A program made the translations under genes and the position numbers. The notes under the pieces were generated by a model. It was given only the letters and a program-made list of their open reading frames with translations. It was not told where the DNA came from and ran no database searches. DNA of 64,000 bases from Candidatus Woesearchaeota archaeon (GTDB lineage: Archaea > Nanobdellota > Nanobdellia > Pacearchaeales > GW2011-AR1), in the NCBI GenBank assembly GCA_964428325.1, contig CAYRXU010000002.1:8505-72504 (forward strand), in the 5' to 3' direction. Below, piece after piece: positions 56,776 through 62,929 of the stretch. How positions within the stretch are numbered: position 1 is the first letter of the stretch; each line of letters begins with the position of its first letter.

Positions 56776-56818
56776 TAAACACAACAATCTTTATAACAAA
56801 CCTACCTCTTAAAAAAGT

Positions 56819-57748
56819 ATGATTGACGTTCAAAAAGTCAATGCCACAAAAGAGAGGATTCTAAACACGATTCGCTCTTCAGGCCCTACATTCCCTGCCA
56901 GAATAGCTCGCGAGACAAGCATTAGCCCTCTTTTCATAGGCGCACTTCTATCAGAAATGGTTGCTGAACGCAAACTAGTCATGAGCAGTATGAAAGTCGG
57001 TAGTTCGCCACTATACTTCACACCAGGGCAAGAAGCAGGCCTTGAAACATTCACCAACTACCTAAACGGCAAAGAACGAGAAGCCTTCGAACGTCTAAAG
57101 CAAGCCCAAATCCTAGACGACGAAACCCAAGACCCGGCCATCCGCGTAGCTCTAAGAAAAATCAAAGACTTCGCTCAACCTCTCCCTGCCCGAATAGGCG
57201 CAGAAGAAAAACTCTTCTGGAAATTCTTCACCACCCCGGAAGAACAAGCACATGCACTTATTGAAGAAAAAATAAATCCTCCTGCTCCAAAACACATTCC
57301 GAAGGTCAAAGAAAAAGAACAGATCACCCAAGAACTTGCAGAAACCAGGGTCCTTCCAATATCTGCAATACCTACTGCTCCTGTCGAAATAACGGTCAAG
57401 GAAAAGAAACCCAAAACTGTAAAGGAAAAAGCACCTAGCGCGTTCACCAAAGACGTCCAGGCCTATCTCCAAAGCAAGAATATGTCCCTCATACAGGAGC
57501 TCTCAACAAAAGCAAAAGAATATCATGCAAAAATCTCACTCGAAACTCCTCTCGGTCCACAAGAGCTTCTCCTCATAGCCAAAGACAAGAAAAAAGTCAC
57601 AGAAGACGACCTTGCCATAGCCCTCCATAAATCCCAAGCAGAAAAGATGCCCTCTCTGATAGTGGCCAAAGGCGACCTCGACAAAGAAGCCCAAACCTAT
57701 TTGGCCCAATGGCGTAATCTAGTGAAGTACGATAAACTAAAGCTTTAA
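56819..57748 (+). CDS. winged-helix protein with Pro/Lys-rich linker and unassigned C-terminal domain
   Basis: N-terminal wHTH-like ERILNTIRSSGPTFPARIARETSISPLFIGALLSEMVAERKL. Confidence 0.45.
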   Translation: MIDVQKVNATKERILNTIRSSGPTFPARIARETSISPLFIGALLSEMVAERKLVMSSMKVGSSPLYFTPGQEAGLETFTNYLNGKEREAFERLKQAQILDDETQDPAIRVALRKIKDFAQPLPARIGAEEKLFWKFFTTPEEQAHALIEEKINPPAPKHIPKVKEKEQITQELAETRVLPISAIPTAPVEITVKEKKPKTVKEKAPSAFTKDVQAYLQSKNMSLIQELSTKAKEYHAKISLETPLGPQELLLIAKDKKKVTEDDLAIALHKSQAEKMPSLIVAKGDLDKEAQTYLAQWRNLVKYDKLKL

Positions 57749-57772
57749 ATAACCACAAACAGAACACTAATT

Positions 57773-58045
57773 ATGGGACGAATCAAATCCACATTGATCA
57801 AGAGAACATCAAAGCAGCTCGTTAACTCAGAGTCAGCTTTCAATGAAGAATTCAATAATAATAAGAAGATCCTAGGCAGCACAATGCCGAGCAAGAAGAT
57901 GCGAAACAAAATCGCAGGTTACATTGCCCGCGTCGTACGCTTAAAGCGAGAACACGCTGTTCGCGAGCTCAAGAGAAAAGAGCAAGCTCAAGAGCGTCTT
58001 ATGCAAGAGTTGCAGCAATCGCAAGTGCCTCAATACGAGCAATAA
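57773..58045 (+). CDS. rps17e: ribosomal protein S17e
   Basis: The MGRIKSTLIKRTSKQLV start is typical of eS17. Confidence 0.85.
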   Translation: MGRIKSTLIKRTSKQLVNSESAFNEEFNNNKKILGSTMPSKKMRNKIAGYIARVVRLKREHAVRELKRKEQAQERLMQELQQSQVPQYEQ

Positions 58046-58061
58046 TTTTCTAAGCAACAAC

Positions 58062-58069
58062 CTTAAAAA
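58062..58069 (+). promoter_or_regulatory. TATA-like box of tRNA-CAT
   Basis: CTTAAAAA centred about 24 nt upstream of the tRNA. Confidence 0.5.
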
Positions 58070-58089
58070 CCATCCAAAGTTGTTAGCCT

Positions 58090-58161
58090 CGGCTCTGTAG
58101 CTCAGTGGTAGAGCACGGCTCTCATAAGGCCGGGGTCGGGCGTTCAATTCTCCCCAGAGCC
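58090..58161 (+). tRNA. tRNA with anticodon CAT (elongator Met or Ile2)
   Basis: Acceptor GGCTCTG/CAGAGCC, anticodon arm CGGCT-CTCATAA-GGCCG, T arm GGGCG-TTCAATT-CTCCC with one C:U mismatch. Confidence 0.8.
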
Positions 58162-58217
58162 ATATTTACTTTAAAATTACTACAAGTCTTTATTAATCCG
58201 CTAGGCCAAAGTATATT

Positions 58218-58583
58218 ATGACATATGTTGACGGATTCGTTTTCGCAGTTCCTAAAAAGAATATCAAAGCCTATCACAAAATGGCAAGCGATGCAGCAAA
58301 AATATGGAAGAAACATGGTGCTCTTCACTATTTCGAATGTAAAGGAGATCATATGAATCCAAAAATGGTAACCTTCACATTCCCAAAAATGCTGAAGCTC
58401 AAGCCAACCGAGACAGCCTGGTTTTCATTTATCATCTTCAAAAACAAAGCACACCGAGACAGCGTTAATGCCAAAGTCATGAAGGAAATGGAAGAGAAAT
58501 ATAAAGATCAAATGGACGCCCCAATGCCTTTCGACATGAAGCGCATGGCATACGGCGGATTCAAGACAATTGTTCAAGCGTAA
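58218..58583 (+). CDS. DUF1428-like protein
   Basis: MTYVDGFVFAVPKKNIKAYHKMASDAAKIWKKHGAL matches my recollection of DUF1428. Confidence 0.55.
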   Translation: MTYVDGFVFAVPKKNIKAYHKMASDAAKIWKKHGALHYFECKGDHMNPKMVTFTFPKMLKLKPTETAWFSFIIFKNKAHRDSVNAKVMKEMEEKYKDQMDAPMPFDMKRMAYGGFKTIVQA

Positions 58584-58585
58584 AA

Positions 58586-58990
58586 TTAAATCAAAGACCT
58601 TATCTTCTTTGCCACTTCTTGCATTTTACCTGCCGGATATTTCTGCGTAGGCCAGAAAGAAGCCAGGCCATCATTAAAATAACGAGGAACAAGATGGATA
58701 TGAAAGTGGGGCACGTCAAGTCCGACAACTGAGACAGCAACATAATCAGCACCCAAAGCCTTCTTTATAACAGGCATCAATTCCTTGGACTTCAAAAACA
58801 AGGGACCAATCATCTTGTCAGGAACATCAGCCATATAAGGAAAATGTTCCTTAGGGATTACAAGTGCGTGTCCAAAATTGACAGGATTAATATCTAAGAA
58901 AGAAATAATTTTCTCGTCTTGATAAATTATCTCAGCAGGAATATTTCCGGCAATGATATTACAGAAAATGCAATCTTTCATATTATTCAA
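58586..58990 (-). CDS. HIT-family nucleotide hydrolase/transferase
   Basis: Histidine triad HFHIHLVP. N-terminal CIFCNI. Confidence 0.85.
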   Translation of the reverse strand: MNNMKDCIFCNIIAGNIPAEIIYQDEKIISFLDINPVNFGHALVIPKEHFPYMADVPDKMIGPLFLKSKELMPVIKKALGADYVAVSVVGLDVPHFHIHLVPRYFNDGLASFWPTQKYPAGKMQEVAKKIRSLI

Positions 58991-59732
58991 TTAAAAGCAA
59001 TGCAGCCATCACAGCAACTCCCGCAATTAGACACAACAGCTGAATAAACGATTGCATTACTCGTGATTCCTTATGCAACTCAGGTATTAAATCGCTTCCT
59101 GCAATATAAAGGAAACTACCGCCTGCGAAAGCAATAGCGAAAGGCAATATTCCATCAACCTTAGCCCCAATAGCAAAAACTACAAGCGCACCAAGCACGG
59201 AAGTAAGCGCAAGTAAGAAGTTCATAAATAGCGCGCGACCCTTAGAGAATCCTCCGTGTAACAATACTCCGAAGTCTCCAATCTCCTGTGGAATCTCATG
59301 CAACAGAACAGCAGCAGTCGTTGCAAGTCCTAAAGGTATGCTCGCAAGATAACTAGCTCCAATGACAATACCATCAATAAAATTATGCACTCCATCTCCA
59401 ACAAGATTCATAACAGCGAATGGATGCGGATGTTCCTTAGAGTGCGGAACGTGGCAATGCCTCCAATGGACGAACTTCTCAATAACGAATGAAACACCAA
59501 TACCCCCAAGTGCCGTAAAAGCCAAGCTCAAACTAAAACCAGCCTCTTCAATAAGCTCAGGCAACAAATGCAGAAACACATCTCCAAGAAGTGCGCCTGC
59601 AGAGAAACTAACCAGATAAAGCAGGATCTTCTTCAGCCTGTCAGCCTGCAAGCCGAGAGTTATCACGCCAACAAAAGAAACCAAACTTACCACTAAAACA
59701 CTCAAAATTGCATATAAAAGTGCGCTCATCAT
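58983..59732 (-). CDS. ZIP-family divalent metal (zinc) transporter
   Basis: HNFIDGIVIG and HEIPQEIGDFGVL motifs. The start is set at ATG 59732, because the track extension runs through the promoter. Confidence 0.8.
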   Translation of the reverse strand: MMSALLYAILSVLVVSLVSFVGVITLGLQADRLKKILLYLVSFSAGALLGDVFLHLLPELIEEAGFSLSLAFTALGGIGVSFVIEKFVHWRHCHVPHSKEHPHPFAVMNLVGDGVHNFIDGIVIGASYLASIPLGLATTAAVLLHEIPQEIGDFGVLLHGGFSKGRALFMNFLLALTSVLGALVVFAIGAKVDGILPFAIAFAGGSFLYIAGSDLIPELHKESRVMQSFIQLLCLIAGVAVMAALLLIE

Positions 59733-59767
59733 TAAGCAAAGGAAATAGCACAATTTAAATATCTTAC

Positions 59768-59782
59768 TGATAGTGGTTATCA
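59768..59782. promoter_or_regulatory. palindromic Fur/Zur-box-like operator in divergent promoter
   Basis: TGATA-GTGGT-TATCA. It lies 9 nt upstream of the fur-like ATG and about 36 nt upstream of the ZIP ATG, next to a shared TTTAAAT element. Confidence 0.5.
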
Positions 59783-59790
59783 ATAAGAAA

Positions 59791-60162
59791 ATGGTAAAGG
59801 TTTCAAGACAAACAAAGCAGAAAGCGCTTTTAGATAAGCAAATTAAGAGCTTCAGCACATTCTTCACAGGAGAAGAACTCTATCAAAAAGTAAAATCCCG
59901 AGATCCAAATCTAGGGATAGCCACGGTATATCGCTTTCTCAAAAATCTAAAACAGCAAAATAAGCTGCATTCGTATGTGTGTGATAGAAGAGTCCTTTAT
60001 TCCAGAGAACACAAAAGCCACTGCCATTTTACTTGTGAAAAATGTGGAAAACTATCTCACATCAGTATAGAAAAATTAGATTTTATAAAGGATAAGATCG
60101 AAGGTGATATCTGTCACTTCCAACTTGATGTGTTAGGCATATGCAATAATTGCAAGAAATAA
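59791..60162 (+). CDS. Fur-family metalloregulator (Zur-like by context)
   Basis: wHTH with IATVYRFLKNL. Metal sites HCHFTCEKCG and CNNC. Confidence 0.75.
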   Translation: MVKVSRQTKQKALLDKQIKSFSTFFTGEELYQKVKSRDPNLGIATVYRFLKNLKQQNKLHSYVCDRRVLYSREHKSHCHFTCEKCGKLSHISIEKLDFIKDKIEGDICHFQLDVLGICNNCKK

Positions 60163-61647
60163 TCACTTAACTCTCGTCTCAACCAGCTTTCCGGCCTTCT
60201 CAAACTTAACATCCCCATTAACCAAATCGCGCAAAGTAGCTCTCAAATCAGCAATCTTAACTGTAATTTGTTTGGTACTATCTCTATCGCGAACAGTAAC
60301 GCTCTTCTTCTTGACACTATCTTCATCAATTGTGATACAGAAAGGCGTTCCTGCTTCGTCATTGCGTGCATAGCGCCTTCCAATACTTCCACTCTTATCA
60401 TAAAGAACATTAAACTCTTTTCTCAAATCAGCAAGAACACCATTCGACAACTTTTCGTACTCTTCACCCTTCACAATAGGCAAGACGGCAGCCTTGTATG
60501 GCGCTAGTTTTGGATTCAAATGAAGAATGATATTGTCACGTTTAGCGTCGTGCTCATACGCCTCAAGCATAAAAACAATGAAAGCTCTACCGACACCAAG
60601 TGAAGGTTCGCAAACAACTTCAGGTACAACTTTAGTCCCCTTAGTCTCGTCCACAACAACATCAAACTTCTCCTTGCTAGCAGTCTGGTGTTGCATCAAG
60701 TCGTAATTACCTCGATTAGCAATGCCTTCAAGCTCACGCCAACCCATCGGGAACTCATACTCCAGATCCCACGTGTCAACCGCATAGTGGCTCTTCTCAT
60801 CTTTCGTATGCTGTCTTGCTCTAAATTTCTCAGCGCGTGCTCCAAGTAAAGTGAAGAATGAGAATTCCTTAGCCAACCAATAAGCATGCCAATCACTCTT
60901 GATGATGCCTTTCTTCCAAGCTTGATATAAATTCATAGACTTAGCTTTCTGTTCCTTATGTTGCATCTCTTCAGTATAAAGTGCAAGTTCTACATCCTTA
61001 ATCTCATCCATAAATTCACATTTCATTCCAGGCGCAATGAAATACTCGAGCTCCATCTGTTCAAACTCGCGCGCCCTAAAAAGAAACTCTCGCGGAGCAA
61101 TCTCATTGCGGAAAGCCTTACCGATTTGTGCAATACCACACGGCAATTTCAGGCGCGCCTGCTCATAAACCAACTTGAAATTAGCAAAGATAGATTGTGC
61201 AGTCTCAGGTCGCAGATAAGCATTAATCGCATCTTTCTTAACAGGACCAACTTGTGTAGTGAACATAGGGTTGAACTCTCCAAGATTCTCATACTGTCCG
61301 CCACAATTAGAACACTTAGAATGAGCAAGTTCATGCTTATCCACTTTCGTCTTGAATCCACATTTCTTGCAAACAACAGCGACATCAACGAAATGTTTCA
61401 CATGTCCAGAAGTTTCCCACACTTTAGGGTTGCTCACAATAGAACCATCAATGCCGGCGACATCATTGCGCATCTGCACGTGGTAGCTCCACCAAGCCTT
61501 CTTCACATTATTCACAAACTCAACACCAAGAGGGCCATAATCCCAAAAGCCAGCCAAACCGCCATAAATCTCAGCAGAAGGATATGCAAATCCTTTACGC
61601 TTACAGAACATCGTCAATTCATCGATCGTAAGAGTCTTTTCCACCAT
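60163..61647 (-). CDS. glyS: glycyl-tRNA synthetase, archaeal/eukaryotic alpha2 type
   Basis: FAYPSAEIYGGLAGFWDYGPLG, class II motifs, and a C-terminal anticodon-binding domain. Confidence 0.9.
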   Translation of the reverse strand: MVEKTLTIDELTMFCKRKGFAYPSAEIYGGLAGFWDYGPLGVEFVNNVKKAWWSYHVQMRNDVAGIDGSIVSNPKVWETSGHVKHFVDVAVVCKKCGFKTKVDKHELAHSKCSNCGGQYENLGEFNPMFTTQVGPVKKDAINAYLRPETAQSIFANFKLVYEQARLKLPCGIAQIGKAFRNEIAPREFLFRAREFEQMELEYFIAPGMKCEFMDEIKDVELALYTEEMQHKEQKAKSMNLYQAWKKGIIKSDWHAYWLAKEFSFFTLLGARAEKFRARQHTKDEKSHYAVDTWDLEYEFPMGWRELEGIANRGNYDLMQHQTASKEKFDVVVDETKGTKVVPEVVCEPSLGVGRAFIVFMLEAYEHDAKRDNIILHLNPKLAPYKAAVLPIVKGEEYEKLSNGVLADLRKEFNVLYDKSGSIGRRYARNDEAGTPFCITIDEDSVKKKSVTVRDRDSTKQITVKIADLRATLRDLVNGDVKFEKAGKLVETRVK

Positions 61648-61686
61648 TTTTACATTAAATAGATACTCTATATAAAGAATGCGGGA

Positions 61687-61759
61687 AGCGCAGAGCAGGA
61701 ATTGAACCTGCGAATATTCGGGCTGCAGCCGAACGCGTTAACCACTTCGCCATCTGCGC
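61687..61759 (-). tRNA. tRNA-Cys (anticodon GCA)
   Basis: Acceptor GCGCAGA/TCTGCGC, discriminator U, anticodon arm TTCGG-CTGCAGC-CCGAA, T arm GCAGG-TTCAATT-CCTGC. Confidence 0.9.
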
Positions 61760-61805
61760 ATTTTTGCGGAGATACTGAGAACCGAAGTTCTCTACATCTG
61801 CGCAT
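61751..61805. repeat. 11-nt direct repeat of the tRNA-Cys 5' end, flanking a hairpin
   Basis: catctgcgcat occurs at 61751-61761 and 61795-61805. Between them lies GAGAAC-CGAA-GTTCTC (61777-61792), which is a UUCG loop on the minus strand. Confidence 0.8.
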
Positions 61806-61882
61806 AAATGGGCAACAAAAAAGGTTTATTTAAACCTACGTAGATCATAAAAAATAGAAGAAAAATAAAAAGAAAAATATTT

Positions 61883-62047
61883 TTATTCGCTATCCTTTTC
61901 CAGAGCAGCGATTCGTTCACCGACGCCTTTTGATTCAGCATCCAGATGCTGCTTATAGTCCTGAAGCAGCTCAATTTTCTCTTCTCTCGTCAAGAAACGT
62001 CTCCCTTCAGGAGCACAGCACGACGCTGAGTAACATGAATATCCCAT
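61883..62047 (-). CDS. 54-aa protein, tentatively DUF5320-like (below ORF-track cut-off)
   Basis: MGYSCYSASCCAPEGRRFLTREEKIELLQDYKQHLDAESKGVGERIAALEKDSE. GGAGGTGA lies 7 nt upstream. It is divergent from padR. Confidence 0.55.
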   Translation of the reverse strand: MGYSCYSASCCAPEGRRFLTREEKIELLQDYKQHLDAESKGVGERIAALEKDSE

Positions 62048-62078
62048 TTTTACTCACCTCCTTTCACAGTGTATACCA

Positions 62079-62128
62079 TATCGGATATACGATACAAGAT
62101 ATATTTAAACATATCGGTTATCCGATAT
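62079..62128. promoter_or_regulatory. two related palindromes in the divergent promoter (candidate PadR operators)
   Basis: TATCG-GATATA-CGATA (62079-62094) and ATATCGG-TTAT-CCGATAT (62111-62128). Both contain CATATCGG. Confidence 0.45.
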
Positions 62129-62159
62129 ATCAATAAATAGAAGCCTTTTTATCCTCTGT

Positions 62160-62468
62160 ATGATACAATTAACTGAAATGAAAAAGTCGTGTTGCGACAT
62201 GAGAGGTTTCCTTTCATTTCTTATCCTCTTCCTGTTGTCAAAGAAAGATATGAACGGGCAGCAAATCTCAGATGAGCTCGAAAGAAGAAAAGGCTGTAGA
62301 CCTAGCCCAGGCACAATCTATCCGGCGCTCAAATCCCTAAAAGAAGACGGTTTCATAAAAGAGACAGCAAGCGACAAAACAATCACGTACACACTAACAC
62401 CCACGGGAAAGAAAGCATTTGACGACGCAAAGACACAATTCTGCCGTACCTTCATGGACGTATTCTAA
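62160..62468 (+). CDS. PadR-family transcriptional regulator
   Basis: RGFLSFLILFLLSKKDMNGQQISDEL...GTIYPALKSLKEDGFI is a PadR wHTH. Confidence 0.8.
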   Translation: MIQLTEMKKSCCDMRGFLSFLILFLLSKKDMNGQQISDELERRKGCRPSPGTIYPALKSLKEDGFIKETASDKTITYTLTPTGKKAFDDAKTQFCRTFMDVF

Positions 62469-62469
62469 G

Positions 62470-62560
62470 CGCTCCCGACAGGATTCCTGAAACTTCGAAG
62501 AAGTGAGGGGACAGAGAATGTAGTCTCTGGATGTTCAAATCCTACGCTCCCGACAGGATT
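62470..62560. repeat. 16-nt direct repeat duplicating the 3' end of tRNA-Arg(TCT)
   Basis: cgctcccgacaggatt occurs at 62470-62485 and at 62545-62560. The second copy is the tRNA 3' terminus on the minus strand. A 59-nt spacer separates them. Confidence 0.8.
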
Positions 62561-62619
62561 TGAACCTGCGACCTGCGGATTAGAAGTCCGCTGCTCTATC
62601 CAGACTGAGCTACGGGAGC
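62545..62619 (-). tRNA. tRNA-Arg (anticodon TCT)
   Basis: Acceptor GCTCCCG/CGGGAGC, anticodon arm GCGGA-CTTCTAA-TCCGC, T arm GCAGG-TTCAAAT-CCTGT. Confidence 0.9.
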
Positions 62620-62641
62620 ATAATCATATCTAGAGAAACCG

Positions 62642-62650
62642 TATTTAAAA
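62642..62650 (-). promoter_or_regulatory. TATA box of tRNA-Arg(TCT)
   Basis: TTTTAAATA on the minus strand, centred about 27 nt upstream of the tRNA. It overlaps the stop of the upstream gene. Confidence 0.5.
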
Positions 62651-62929
62651 CCTATGTGTGTGATGTTGGCGAACATTAGTCAACTCAAAATGTTTTTGAC
62701 GTGGCAAGGGCGAGTAAGGCTGCATAATAAGCAAGATAATCAAGACACCCAACAAGAAAAGCGCAAGGAGAGGGAAAGTCGTCAGTACGGTGGCAATTCG
62801 GCTATCATTAATCACGAATCCAGTAGCAGGTGAAAGCGAAGGGTTATGCAACATAACAAACTGAATAACAGCAAGTGCTAACACAAAGAAAAACAAGACC
62901 CCGTAGAAGCGCAAAACATTACGACGCAT
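62645..62929 (-). CDS. small two-TM membrane protein
   Basis: MRRNVLRFYGVLFFFVLALAVIQ.... ATG 62929 overlaps the upstream gene end by 11 nt. It ends in QHHTHRF. Confidence 0.5.
   Translation of the reverse strand: MRRNVLRFYGVLFFFVLALAVIQFVMLHNPSLSPATGFVINDSRIATVLTTFPLLALFLLGVLIILLIMQPYSPLPRQKHFELTNVRQHHTHRF

Noticed and set aside
59733-59867. N-terminal extension of the ZIP transporter ORF
   Set aside because: The extension covers the divergent promoter and the start of the fur-like gene. The TM-rich protein begins naturally at MMSALLYAIL (ATG 59732).
60958-61662. 234-aa plus-strand ORF
   Set aside because: It is antisense to glyS, the same artefact.
61792-61974. 60-aa minus-strand ORF from the track
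   Set aside because: It is in a different frame from the SD-preceded 54-aa DUF5320-like ORF (61883-62047). It also runs into the tRNA-Cys upstream hairpin, and its product is low-complexity.
62486-62544. Possible second (pseudo-)tRNA or plus-strand T-arm (GGATGTTCAAATCC) in the spacer between the 16-nt repeats
   Set aside because: I could not fold a cloverleaf on either strand. Beyond the 16-20 nt 3'-end copy, alignment to tRNA-Arg fails.
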